This document shows positions 50,965-60,905 of a DNA stretch of 64,000 nucleotides, in pieces (within the stretch, counting starts at the first letter, position 1; every line of letters starts with the position of its first letter). Both the position numbers and the translations under genes were made by a program. Below the pieces are notes generated by a model, which saw only the letters and a list, made by a program, of their open reading frames with translations, had not been told where the DNA came from and ran no database searches. The stretch covers positions 768,001 to 832,000 of the forward strand of contig CBDCFN010000016.1 of the NCBI GenBank assembly GCA_965216315.1, given 5' to 3'. Source of the stretch: a bacterium (GTDB lineage Bacteria; UBA10199; 2-02-FULL-50-16; JAJFLM01).

Positions 50965-52491
50965 ATGGATAAAGTAATTATATTCGATACATCTTTGCGC
51001 GACGGGGAGCAGTCTCCGGGATTCAGTATGAATCTGGAGGAGAAGTTTCAGATGGCAAAGCAGCTGGCTCGACTTAAAGTCGATGTCATTGAGGCGGGGT
51101 TTCCCGTAGCCAGTCCTGGTGATTTTGAGGCCGTTGAATACCTGGCGAATCATGTGGAAGGTCCGGTGATTGCCGGACTGTCTCGTGCCAAAAAAGACGA
51201 TATTGATGTTTGTTGGCGTGCGATACAAGGAGCTAAGCGGACTCGAATTCACACCTTCATTGCATCGTCCGATATTCATTTGAAATACAAATTTAATGCG
51301 TCGCGTGAGGAAGTATTGAAAATGGCCGTCGATGCGGTTGAGCATGCCAAAAAATATACGGATAATGTTGAATTCTCAGCAGAAGATGCGACGCGTAGTG
51401 ATCGCAAGTATTTAGCTCAGTTAGTGGAGGCAACGATTGAAGCGGGCGCAACGACTGTAAACATTCCTGATACAGTTGGTTATACGATACCGAGTGAGTA
51501 CGGGAGCCTGATTCGCTACTTAAGAGAACATGTGAAGAATATCGATCGGGCCGTTATCAGTGTTCATTGTCATAATGATCTAGGGCTGGCGGTGGCTAAT
51601 TCATTGGCGGCTATCCAAAATGGTGCGCGGCAAGTTGAATGTACGATTAACGGTATCGGTGAGCGAGCGGGCAATGCTTCAATGGAAGAAATTGTAATGG
51701 CTTTAAAGGTGCGTGAGCAAACACTGAACCTTGATACAGGCATTGATACGGAGCAGATTTATTCGACGAGTAAACTGTTGAGTCATATTACGGGGATTAA
51801 AGTTCAGCCCAATAAGGCCATTGTGGGCGCGAATGCCTTTGCCCATGAATCGGGCATCCACCAGGACGGACTACTTAAATCCGAAATGACTTATTCCATT
51901 ATGACGCCTCAATCGATTGGTTTGAGTGAGCATCAGATGGTGCTTGGTAAACATTCAGGTCGTGCGGCATTGCGTTCAAAGTTGCAGGACATGGGTTATG
52001 ATCTGAGTGAAGATGATTTTATGAGTTTCTTTAATCTGTTTAAGGAGCTGGCAGACAAAAAGAAAGAAGTTTACGATGATGATATTCACGTGCTCGTTGC
52101 ATCCATGTCGCAGGATGTAAAGGACCGTTTTCAGTTGGGTGAGGTGGAGATTAGTAGTGGGACTCACAAGATGGCTGAGGCGCGTGTGCAAATTTCTATC
52201 GATGGATCGTTGCAAGAGGGGCAGGGGCAGGGTGATGGGCCCGTTGATGCGATATTTGCCGTTATTCGCAAGTTAACCGGCTTTACCGGGCGTTTGAACC
52301 GTTTCTCGGTTAATGCTATTACCGGAGGGGCGGACGCTCAAGGGGAAGTAACGGTAGAAGTTGAAAGAGATGGAAGAATTGTGCGTGGAGTCGGTTCGCA
52401 CACGGATATAGTCGTTGCTTCTGCGAAGGCTTATGTCAATGCTTTGAATCGGCTGGAAACGGCTGCGAGAGAAGTCGAAGTGCATATGTAA
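50965..52491 (+). CDS. leuA: 2-isopropylmalate synthase
   Basis: [22 protein letters not shown]. Confidence 0.97.
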   Translation: MDKVIIFDTSLRDGEQSPGFSMNLEEKFQMAKQLARLKVDVIEAGFPVASPGDFEAVEYLANHVEGPVIAGLSRAKKDDIDVCWRAIQGAKRTRIHTFIASSDIHLKYKFNASREEVLKMAVDAVEHAKKYTDNVEFSAEDATRSDRKYLAQLVEATIEAGATTVNIPDTVGYTIPSEYGSLIRYLREHVKNIDRAVISVHCHNDLGLAVANSLAAIQNGARQVECTINGIGERAGNASMEEIVMALKVREQTLNLDTGIDTEQIYSTSKLLSHITGIKVQPNKAIVGANAFAHESGIHQDGLLKSEMTYSIMTPQSIGLSEHQMVLGKHSGRAALRSKLQDMGYDLSEDDFMSFFNLFKELADKKKEVYDDDIHVLVASMSQDVKDRFQLGEVEISSGTHKMAEARVQISIDGSLQEGQGQGDGPVDAIFAVIRKLTGFTGRLNRFSVNAITGGADAQGEVTVEVERDGRIVRGVGSHTDIVVASAKAYVNALNRLETAAREVEVHM

Positions 52492-52540
52492 TAAAAGTTT
52501 CATGTCTCCCGTGTCAGGGGTTATCAGAAGGAATGTAATA

Positions 52541-53638
52541 GTGAGCGACAATTATAAAATACTTGTATTGCCCGGCGATGGTATCGGTCAGGAAGTAACG
52601 GAGCAGGCGTTGCGCGTACTGCATCATGTCTGTGAGCAGCAGAACCTGCGTCTCGAAGTGGAAACGGATTTAGCGGGTGGCGCTTGTTTGGATGTTCATG
52701 ATGTCCCGCTTCGTCCGGAGACGTTGGAAAAAGCCCGGTCGGTGGATGCCGTATTGTTAGGGGCTGTTGGTGGGCCTCAATGGGATTCGCTTCCGCATGA
52801 GCGCCGCCCTGAGCAGGCGCTGTTAAAGTTACGTTCGGGCTTGGAATTATTTGCCAACCTAAGACCGGTCCGAGTTTTTGCACCGCTTGCGGATAGCTCA
52901 ACGCTGCGACGTGACGTCATTGATGGAGTCGACCTTCTTGTGGTTCGTGAATTGACGGGAGGAATCTATTTTGGCGAACCACGCGGCAGCGAGGGAGAAA
53001 AAGGGTCGCGACGCGCCTATAATACTTTGGGCTATTCGGAAGATGAAATTATTCGTCTTGCCCGTCGTGGGTTTGAAATAGCGCAACTGCGCCGCAAGAA
53101 ATTACATAGCATCGATAAGGCGAACATACTCGAGAGCTCGATTTTGTGGCGCGAAGTTGTCAATGAAATTGCCAAAGATTATCCTGATGTAACGGTTGAG
53201 CATATGTATGTGGACAACTGTGCGATGCAGTTAGTGCGGAATCCAGCTCAATTCGACGTGATTGTGACCAACAATATGTTTGGAGATATATTAAGTGATG
53301 AGGCGGCGATGCTGACAGGGTCCATCGGGATGCTCCCGTCGGCATCGATTGGAGCGCTCTCTAATAGTTCGGGGAAGCCTTTGGGGATGTATGAGCCCGT
53401 CCACGGGTCAGCCCCTGATATTGCCGGACAAGGGTTAGCGAATCCTCTTGCCACTATTATGTCCGTCGCGATGTTGCTTCGGTATTCACTGGGCAATGAA
53501 GCGGGTGCCCGCGCGATCGAGGCGGCGGTTGAAAAAGTGCTGGCGGATGGTTTTCGGACTGCAGATTTGGCAAAATCGGGAGAAACGGGGCTCTCAACGG
53601 TCGAGATTACGGAACGGGTACTGGAGAATCTGTCATGA
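52541..53638 (+). CDS. leuB: 3-isopropylmalate dehydrogenase
   Basis: [33 protein letters not shown]; start uncertain. Confidence 0.96.
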   Translation: MSDNYKILVLPGDGIGQEVTEQALRVLHHVCEQQNLRLEVETDLAGGACLDVHDVPLRPETLEKARSVDAVLLGAVGGPQWDSLPHERRPEQALLKLRSGLELFANLRPVRVFAPLADSSTLRRDVIDGVDLLVVRELTGGIYFGEPRGSEGEKGSRRAYNTLGYSEDEIIRLARRGFEIAQLRRKKLHSIDKANILESSILWREVVNEIAKDYPDVTVEHMYVDNCAMQLVRNPAQFDVIVTNNMFGDILSDEAAMLTGSIGMLPSASIGALSNSSGKPLGMYEPVHGSAPDIAGQGLANPLATIMSVAMLLRYSLGNEAGARAIEAAVEKVLADGFRTADLAKSGETGLSTVEITERVLENLS

Positions 53639-54657
53639 AGAAAGAGAAGTATAACGTTGCTGTCGTTGGGGCGACCGGCGCGGTGGGTCGTGAAATGTTG
53701 GCTGTCCTCCAAGAGCGGAAATTTCCGGTAGCTGAGTTGCGCCCGCTGGCCTCGGAGCGGAGCGTGGGGACCGAGTTATCTTTTCAGGGCCAAGATGTTC
53801 CGGTGCAGGTGCTGGATGAGCGATCATTCCAAGGGATCGATATCGCGCTTTTTTCCGCCGGCGGTTCGATCAGTCAGGAATTTGCACCCATTGCGGCGAA
53901 AGCGGGAGCGGTGGCCATCGATAATACGAGTGCCTTCCGGCTGGATCCTGAGGTGCCTTTGGTCGTGCCTGAGGTTAATCCGGAGGCCATTGCCGATTAT
54001 GGAACTAAAGGGATTATCGCTAACCCTAATTGTTCGACGATCCAGATGGTTGTGATGTTAAAGCCTATTCAAGACGCCGTGGGTCTAAGGCGAGTCGTTG
54101 TCTCTACTTATCAGTCAACCTCCGGTGGTGGGCAAAAAGCCGTTGATGAGCTTTCCAAACAGGTTCGAGCCCTTTTTAATCAAGAATCGATCGAGTCGGA
54201 AGTGTTTCCGCACACGATCGCATTTAACTGTATTCCACATATCGATGTCTTTATGGAGTCAGGTTATACCAAAGAAGAGATGAAGATGATTTTGGAGACC
54301 CGTAAGATCCTGGCTGATGAGGATCTTCGCATTACGGCGACCTGTGTCCGGGTTCCGGTTTTTCATAGTCATGCCGAGTCGGTCAATATTGAGACGAACA
54401 AGAAATTGTCTGCGGCGGAGGCGCGAGAGTTGCTGTCTCAGGCTCCAGGTGTTATCGTGAGAGACAATACCGCCGAAAATGAGTATCCGTTGGGGTTGGA
54501 TGCCGGTGGTCGCGATGAAGTCTTTGTTGGGCGTATTCGTGAAGATGAGTCCATTGATAACGGCCTTAATGTGTGGGTGGTCGCAGATAATCTGCGCAAG
54601 GGAGCGGCCCTGAATGCAGTACAAATCGCTGAAGTCCTTATTGAAAAATATATTTAG
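53635..54657 (+). CDS. asd: Aspartate-semialdehyde dehydrogenase
   Basis: [21 protein letters not shown]. Confidence 0.97.
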   Translation: MKKEKYNVAVVGATGAVGREMLAVLQERKFPVAELRPLASERSVGTELSFQGQDVPVQVLDERSFQGIDIALFSAGGSISQEFAPIAAKAGAVAIDNTSAFRLDPEVPLVVPEVNPEAIADYGTKGIIANPNCSTIQMVVMLKPIQDAVGLRRVVVSTYQSTSGGGQKAVDELSKQVRALFNQESIESEVFPHTIAFNCIPHIDVFMESGYTKEEMKMILETRKILADEDLRITATCVRVPVFHSHAESVNIETNKKLSAAEARELLSQAPGVIVRDNTAENEYPLGLDAGGRDEVFVGRIREDESIDNGLNVWVVADNLRKGAALNAVQIAEVLIEKYI

Positions 54658-57175
54658 TGCCTTCCCGGTACTTGTAATCGTCGTCGTCGTGTACGGAATG
54701 GTGCACGCTTTTCCGGATACGGAGCGAGCTCCCGCTACATTGACGGAACCCCCGCTTAATATTCTCAGTGACCAGCCTAATGATTTCGTTGTAACTAATG
54801 ATAATCGTTACGTATTTTTTGCCGTCGGTAATCAGATCCTTAAAGTGGATTTGGCGAGTTGGGAGCTGAGTTCCGATCAGATTTCTGCGCTTTCCGGGAC
54901 GGCAGATAATGAAGATGACCCGGATGAAGGGGGGAATATCAAGGGTATCGCCATTTTGGGTAATGAATTGTTTGCCAGTCAGGATGATGGCGACCTGTTG
55001 ATTTTTGATCTTGATGATCTTTCGGAAGCACCTACGCTGGTGAAACTTACGGATACGGATCTGGGCCCGATTGTTGCCGACACGGAAGGGTTTCAGGATG
55101 AAGATAAGCTTTATATCGCGGATGTCGGGGGTCATCATATTCTTGTCTATGATCGTTCCGAAAATTCCGTGGAGTTCTTTATTCCTTTGACGAATAACCT
55201 GGGCGATGATGTTGATCCCGTCGACATTGATTTAGCTCTCGTCGAGAACGCGTTGGATAAGCTCTATGTGACGACGAATGAAGGCATTCTTTTTTCAATC
55301 CTTGAAAATAGCGGTACAGCAACGCGTATTGAATCGGCTTCAACGAGCGGGAATGATTTGGTCGCGATCTCCGCAACTCCCGAGGGTGATTTTGTTCTCT
55401 TTGTGGACCAAACCGATTCTTTAATCCATGTCCTCGATACCAGCACGGATACGTCGGTTGTCATTACTGATGTGATTCCCGTAGACCTTCAAGATAGTAA
55501 TGCAAGTCCACGCGACATTGTCGTGACCCGAGTTTCGAATCCAACCGATATCTATGCTTACGTGGCCGGGCCGGAGGGCCTGACCGTGCTTGATCTCGAC
55601 ATCACCGGGGGATCGATGGATGATATTGATATCCTTGATATGGATACAGGAGGGGGTGCGGATGATGATCCGCTCGTCTTAACGAGCGCCCCGAATCGAG
55701 TTTTTACCGCTTCCGAGGAATATATTCTTACCGTCAATGGCAACGCTGAAAACTCCGTAGTGACTGAGAATCCTTTTGTGACGATCACGGACAATTCTCT
55801 CGATGGTGGATTGTTGGTTGAAGGGGGCGATTTTACGCTGACCTTTGAGTCGGATGTCGCGGGGACCTATAGCGTCCGTTTGGGCGGTGGGCTGAACGCC
55901 GATGGCATCGAGTTGGATTCTGGGGATGTTCCAACTGAAAATACGGCGGTGACAACCAATACAATATCCCATACCAGTGACTTTAAAGAAGGCGGGAATG
56001 ACATCTTTGTTTTTGTGACGGATGCATCCGGAAATCGCGGGCGTGATTTAACGGAAGTGACCATCGATAATCCACCGCCCATCGTCGTACTCAACTCAAC
56101 CGGCTTTGGCGATCAACGGGTGTTCATCAACTTTAACCGGCTTGATATAGAGGATATCAGTCATTACAACTTGTACGTCGCGACGGATGCCTCGACGGCC
56201 TTGGGCAAGGCAGAGGTCGATGCCACTGCGGATCAACCCGGTAGTGGCTCCCAAGTGACCGGGACGATTGCCGGGCTGACGAATGGCACGACGTATTTTA
56301 TTGCCGTCGAGGCCGTTGATGAGGGCGGCGCCGTGGGCCCGCGTAACGGCACTTTGGATAACGGCGTGCAGGCATCGGCGATTCCTCAGAAGACGGTCGG
56401 ACTGGTCGGGCGGACCGGGGAGACGGGATGTCAATTACTGCGCATGAGTACAAACCGGACGCAGGGCGTGGCATGGCTCAGTCTGGCGTTTATTATTTTA
56501 CTGCTGGGATCTCTTCGGTGTCGATTGTGGCCCCGACTTTTTAGCCTCCATTTATTCCTTTTGGCGGGCTTGTTTTTTTTTAGCGCCACTGGTTCCGTAG
56601 CCGCGGAAGAAACGAGTCCGCAGTGGTTTTCCTTTGAGATCAAGACAGGTAATTTTATTCCGACGAATGGGACCACTAAGGATGCCCTGTCAAAATGTTG
56701 TAATCTGCGGACGGAGATTGAATTTGGCTTTCTCTATGATTCAAAGTACGGCGTTGAGCTTGGGACCGGCTTTTTGATTGTCAATCGAACGGCGATTGGG
56801 TCGGTGACCAACGTGGGCAGTCAGGACCGTTTCAATTTCATGCTGATTCCGATGCAGCTTAATCTGACCTATCGTGCTGACTATAAGGAAAATCAGCTCC
56901 TGGTTCCGTTTGTGAAAGTAGGGCCGGATGTCGTGTTTTTCCGAGAAAATATCCAGGGGAGCGTGACGAAGGGCCTTAAGTATGGATTGCATGGAACGGC
57001 CGGTTTGCAGATCTTGCTGGAGTTTTGGGGTGAGGGCGAGGCGATGGAGCGCATGGGTGTCAATGACGTCTACTTCATCGTCGAAGGGGAGTATGCGTGG
57101 ATCAATAGTTTTGGCGCCAGTGGTTTGGACCTCTCCGGTTTTACGGTTTCGGGTGGATTATTGTTTGAATTCTAG
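54614..57175 (+). CDS. Large acidic surface protein: propeller-like and Ig/FN3-like domains, Cys+TM segment, C-terminal beta-barrel
   Basis: GLTNGTTYFIAVEAVD (FN3-like); GETGC followed by hydrophobic helices; barrel-like tail ending in Phe; start uncertain. Confidence 0.65.
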   Translation: MQYKSLKSLLKNIFSAFPVLVIVVVVYGMVHAFPDTERAPATLTEPPLNILSDQPNDFVVTNDNRYVFFAVGNQILKVDLASWELSSDQISALSGTADNEDDPDEGGNIKGIAILGNELFASQDDGDLLIFDLDDLSEAPTLVKLTDTDLGPIVADTEGFQDEDKLYIADVGGHHILVYDRSENSVEFFIPLTNNLGDDVDPVDIDLALVENALDKLYVTTNEGILFSILENSGTATRIESASTSGNDLVAISATPEGDFVLFVDQTDSLIHVLDTSTDTSVVITDVIPVDLQDSNASPRDIVVTRVSNPTDIYAYVAGPEGLTVLDLDITGGSMDDIDILDMDTGGGADDDPLVLTSAPNRVFTASEEYILTVNGNAENSVVTENPFVTITDNSLDGGLLVEGGDFTLTFESDVAGTYSVRLGGGLNADGIELDSGDVPTENTAVTTNTISHTSDFKEGGNDIFVFVTDASGNRGRDLTEVTIDNPPPIVVLNSTGFGDQRVFINFNRLDIEDISHYNLYVATDASTALGKAEVDATADQPGSGSQVTGTIAGLTNGTTYFIAVEAVDEGGAVGPRNGTLDNGVQASAIPQKTVGLVGRTGETGCQLLRMSTNRTQGVAWLSLAFIILLLGSLRCRLWPRLFSLHLFLLAGLFFFSATGSVAAEETSPQWFSFEIKTGNFIPTNGTTKDALSKCCNLRTEIEFGFLYDSKYGVELGTGFLIVNRTAIGSVTNVGSQDRFNFMLIPMQLNLTYRADYKENQLLVPFVKVGPDVVFFRENIQGSVTKGLKYGLHGTAGLQILLEFWGEGEAMERMGVNDVYFIVEGEYAWINSFGASGLDLSGFTVSGGLLFEF

Positions 57176-57988
57176 ATGAAACAACGTTTTAAGTTAATCC
57201 TGGCCTACGATGGCACGGCCTACGTCGGCTGGCAGCATCAACAGAATGGAATCTCCATTCAAGAAAAGCTCGCTAATGCCCTGCGAAAAATTAATAAATC
57301 CGCGATTCGCCCGATAGGTTCGGGTCGCACCGATGCGGGAGTTCACGCGCTCGCGCAAGTTGCCCACGTGGATCTCGAGTGGCGGCATACTGCGGAGGAG
57401 CTTCGTAAAGCCCTCAATAGCCTGCTTCCGGCAGATATACAGATTCATAATGTTGAGGCGGTCACTAAGGATTTTCATGCGCAGAAGAGTGCCCGTGAGA
57501 AGTGGTATCGTTATGCGATTTATCAGCCGGGTAGGGCGCAGCAAGCGGCGCCCCTACTGTTTGAGCGGGCTTATGCCTGGCAAGTCGACTACCCCCTGAA
57601 GATAGCGGCGATGCGCCAGGCGGCAAGGATTCTCATGGGGCGCCACGACTTTGCGAGTTTTCAGGGTTCCGGGGCGTCGGTCAAGACGACGGTGCGTCAT
57701 TTAAAGCGTATCAAGATAACGCGGGCGAAACGATTGCCTTGGCCACGCCTGACTGTAGGGGCGCCGCTTGCTGCGCCCATGAATGGTGGTCACTGGTTAT
57801 TTTTCGATTTTATTGGTGAAGGTTTCCTCAAACAGATGGTCCGCAATCTCGTCGGAACCCTCGTCGAAGTCGGGCAGGGAAAGTTAAATACAAGTGATGT
57901 GAAACGAATTTTAAAGGCGAAAGATAGAAAAAAGGCGGGGCATTGCGCCCCGCCTCTTGGCCTTTATTTGATGAGAGTCTCTTATTAA
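57176..57988 (+). CDS. truA: tRNA pseudouridine(38-40) synthase
   Basis: YDGT, GRTDAGVHA, FLKQMVR, APPLGLYL. Confidence 0.97.
   Translation: MKQRFKLILAYDGTAYVGWQHQQNGISIQEKLANALRKINKSAIRPIGSGRTDAGVHALAQVAHVDLEWRHTAEELRKALNSLLPADIQIHNVEAVTKDFHAQKSAREKWYRYAIYQPGRAQQAAPLLFERAYAWQVDYPLKIAAMRQAARILMGRHDFASFQGSGASVKTTVRHLKRIKITRAKRLPWPRLTVGAPLAAPMNGGHWLFFDFIGEGFLKQMVRNLVGTLVEVGQGKLNTSDVKRILKAKDRKKAGHCAPPLGLYLMRVSY
57754..57778 (+). repeat. GTAG-type REP-like element inside truA
   Basis: TGTAGGGGCGCCGCTTGCTGCGCCC; 24/25 identical to 60871..60895. Confidence 0.75.
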
Positions 57989-57990
57989 AT

Positions 57991-60573
57991 TTAAACTCCG
58001 CCTTCGCCTGGATCTTCAGGGATAGGCTCTTCTTCCTCTTCATCGCCGAGGCCACCGTCGCCGGCGAGAGGATCAAAGCCGCCCGAGGTGCCGCCGAGCA
58101 TGTCGCCTTCGATGATATCGCCGTAGTTATCGACCATCTGGCGGATCTTCGTCTTGATCATGTCGAGGTTTTCACTTTCAAAAATGTCGCGGAGATCATC
58201 GATCATCTGTTGTTTTTCATCTGCTGTCAGAGAAGCAAATTCATCTCCATCGACGAGACTAATAATATCTTCAATGCTCGCGGTGGCATCCATGATCTCG
58301 TCGGAGGTATATTCAACGTTGTCCTCGACGTGGATGCCGCTGCCGGCCTCGTTTTGACGCGCTACGTTGGTGCTATCTTTACCCGTTCCGCCATCGAAGG
58401 TTCCCGTGCCGCCGAAGACACCAAAGTCGTCACCGCCGCCACCGATAAGGTGATCGTCTCCCATTTGACCGTTCATGACGTCATCGCCGGAACCACCGTC
58501 GATCACGTCATTGCCGGCGCCGCCCGAGATAAAGTCGTCACCGTCTCCACCGTAAATGTGGCCCGAAGAGGTGATGTGGTCATTACCCTTACCGCCGTAG
58601 ACGTCGTTGTTCATGCCTTCACCGGTCTTGATCAGGTCGTCACCGGTACCACCGACGACGCGGAGGTCCATCGACACTTCTTCGGCGTTGAAATACTGAC
58701 CCGTCAGCAGGCCGGCATTGTTATATTCACCAATAGGTGAGGTCCAGCCATCGGCCAGATTAATGGTTCCGCGAGGGTTGCCGCCGCTCAGCCAGTTGGC
58801 TACGCCGTCTTTCAAGACGATCTTTTTGACGGTCTTCGTCGTACTGTCTTTCAGGTAGAAGACGATGTCGCCGCCTTCTTCCTTCATCTCGATAAACTTG
58901 ATCAGGACGCCTTCGTAGTCCGCCGGGAAGTTGATGTCGAACTGGGACGAGCCCGGCTTCAATTGATAGGTCTCGACGACATATTGCGAATCGCCTTCAT
59001 AATCCAGGTAAGGGTCTTCGGTCTGTTCGAGCACGGAACTCGGAATCACGTTGCCGTCCGCGTCCGTGAAAGTATCATGGATGATCCAGACGTTGTCGAT
59101 GCCGGTCGGTTCCGGTTCGGTCTCTTCTGCCGGGGCCTCTTCTTCGGGCGCTTCTTCCCAGAGCGCGCCCGGTTCGACGTCTTCAGACTCATCGGCAGTC
59201 GAATTGATCGGCACGTTGACACCACCCTTGTCCACGAAGATACCGGAAACCCACTTGTGCTCACCGCCGACCGCTTGGGTCCGTCCGTTGCGCACGTCGA
59301 TGGAGAGACCCTTCATGACGACAGAGTTGGCATTCCCTGCAATGAAGATCAGACGCAGGGCGCCGTCTTTTATAATAAGTTTCTTTTTGACTTCGCCGTT
59401 GTCGGAGTAAACGACCAGATCATTCCCGTCCTGCACGATGAGAATGTCGCCGCCGTCGGCGTTAATGGAAACCGGGGGATATTCGGTTTCGCTTCCGTTT
59501 AAATTGGCTTCGATCGTCTCCTCGACGTCATTGACCTGGTTTTCGAGACGTTCGGCGATCTCGGATTGCGTTTCATCCGTGCCATCGCCGGCTGCCTGCG
59601 TGCCCATGTTGCCGTTGGTTTCATTAACCTCTTCATTGTCGTTTTCAGCACTGCCGTCAGCAACGGCATCGGCTTCGCTGTTAATCGTCTGGGCGCCCAT
59701 GCCGTTGACACTCTCCGTGCCGGCTTCGCCGCCCTCGTCGGTAGAACCGAGATCGACTTCGATGGCATCGTCACCAGGCGTCGGGCCGGTCGGGGTCGGA
59801 ATGCCACCGTCCGTGCCGCCGGTCGAAGAAGAATCACTGCCAGAACCCGGAACCGAACTCGGGAAATTGTCGCTGCCAAAAGGGTCGCCACCGCTGCCAC
59901 CGGCTCCGCCCATGGATTTGGTGCTAAAAGGACGCTCGATGCTCAGTTCATCAAAAATATCGGCGATTTCGACGTGAAATTTGTCATAGTCGGAAATACC
60001 ATTGCCGGCCGTGTCATACTTGGTGCCATCGGATGCTAAGCCATTGACGCTGGCCATGTGCTCGGCGAAATCGGTGAGGCCATCGCCATCGGTATCGATG
60101 TTGTAAATGTCGGTGCCCCGAATCTTTTCCTGCTCATCCGTGAGTCCGTCACCGTCCTTATCCATGTCGTTACCGTAGGCGGTGGCCATATCATATTGGA
60201 AGGCGACGCTGTCGTGGTCGCGCTTCATCTTGGCAATAATCTTGGTGCCGTTGATCAGGGCCTCGCGGATGAGCGCCTTTTGCTCGCTACCGACGCCTTC
60301 CATGTTCAAGAAGGCCTCCAGTTCGGCGAGGATGCGCTCGGCCTCGGCGATTTTAATCTGCTTGTCGGCGAGATCGCCCTCGAGTTGGCTTAAGAATTCA
60401 TCATAAGAAGGAATGGCCGAACCGTCAGCCCCGGCTCCCGCTCCGCCGGCATAGTCCTCGGCTGCAGGGTTTTCGACCTCTTCGGACATCGTCTGGGCCT
60501 GGTTGATCAGGCTTTGGATTTCCTCGGTCGCTTGGGCGTTCTGAGTGCCTATGTTTGAATTGATTCTCATCAT
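57991..60573 (-). CDS. Acidic Gly/Asp-rich Ca-binding protein with DxDGDGLTD and RTX-like GGxGxD repeats
   Basis: DKDGDGLTD, DTDGDGLTD; GGTGDD, GGKGND, GGDGDD, GGAGND, GGSGDD. Confidence 0.8.
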   Translation of the reverse strand: MMRINSNIGTQNAQATEEIQSLINQAQTMSEEVENPAAEDYAGGAGAGADGSAIPSYDEFLSQLEGDLADKQIKIAEAERILAELEAFLNMEGVGSEQKALIREALINGTKIIAKMKRDHDSVAFQYDMATAYGNDMDKDGDGLTDEQEKIRGTDIYNIDTDGDGLTDFAEHMASVNGLASDGTKYDTAGNGISDYDKFHVEIADIFDELSIERPFSTKSMGGAGGSGGDPFGSDNFPSSVPGSGSDSSSTGGTDGGIPTPTGPTPGDDAIEVDLGSTDEGGEAGTESVNGMGAQTINSEADAVADGSAENDNEEVNETNGNMGTQAAGDGTDETQSEIAERLENQVNDVEETIEANLNGSETEYPPVSINADGGDILIVQDGNDLVVYSDNGEVKKKLIIKDGALRLIFIAGNANSVVMKGLSIDVRNGRTQAVGGEHKWVSGIFVDKGGVNVPINSTADESEDVEPGALWEEAPEEEAPAEETEPEPTGIDNVWIIHDTFTDADGNVIPSSVLEQTEDPYLDYEGDSQYVVETYQLKPGSSQFDINFPADYEGVLIKFIEMKEEGGDIVFYLKDSTTKTVKKIVLKDGVANWLSGGNPRGTINLADGWTSPIGEYNNAGLLTGQYFNAEEVSMDLRVVGGTGDDLIKTGEGMNNDVYGGKGNDHITSSGHIYGGDGDDFISGGAGNDVIDGGSGDDVMNGQMGDDHLIGGGGDDFGVFGGTGTFDGGTGKDSTNVARQNEAGSGIHVEDNVEYTSDEIMDATASIEDIISLVDGDEFASLTADEKQQMIDDLRDIFESENLDMIKTKIRQMVDNYGDIIEGDMLGGTSGGFDPLAGDGGLGDEEEEEPIPEDPGEGGV

Positions 60574-60611
60574 ATTAATTGGCCTTTGCTAACTCTCTCA
60601 CCAGCTAATAA

Positions 60612-60627
60612 TGCAACTGCCGTGCCA
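60612..60627 (-). promoter_or_regulatory. sigma54 (-24/-12) promoter
   Basis: TGGCAC-GGCAG-TTGCA matches the consensus, 38 nt upstream of ATG 60573. Confidence 0.85.
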
Positions 60628-60822
60628 GCACGCCTCAATAGGGGCTTCATGGCGGGAACGGCCTTTAACGTATTGGAATTACTAATATAATCCATAAAAC
60701 TTAATCGAGGCCTTAAACCGGCTTGGACAGGACTGTCAGGGAAATTTGAGGTCTTCAGGCCCCATTTGGGCGGCTGTCGCCCCCACCTGGGGTCTCCAAA
60801 CAGGGTATAGGACTCCAGATAG

Positions 60823-60851
60823 TTATCGGATCAGGAGGGGGATTGAGTTGC
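60823..60851 (-). promoter_or_regulatory. Variant of the shared motif, GCAAC-N17-CCGATAA
   Basis: Both boxes match but the spacer is 17 nt rather than 15. Confidence 0.4.
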
Positions 60852-60870
60852 TCCGTGCTTTGTCGAATGT

Positions 60871-60895
60871 TGTAGGGGCGCCGCTGGCTGCGCCC
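60871..60895 (+). repeat. GTAG-type REP-like element downstream of ahcY
   Basis: TGTAGGGGCGCCGCTGGCTGCGCCC, with GGGCG...CGCCC stem. Confidence 0.75.
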
Positions 60896-60905
60896 GGATC
60901 CATTC

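Noticed and set aside
57943..60406. Several long plus-strand ORFs opposite the acidic protein
   Set aside because: Shadow ORFs caused by codon bias; the minus-strand ORF has recognisable motifs and a promoter
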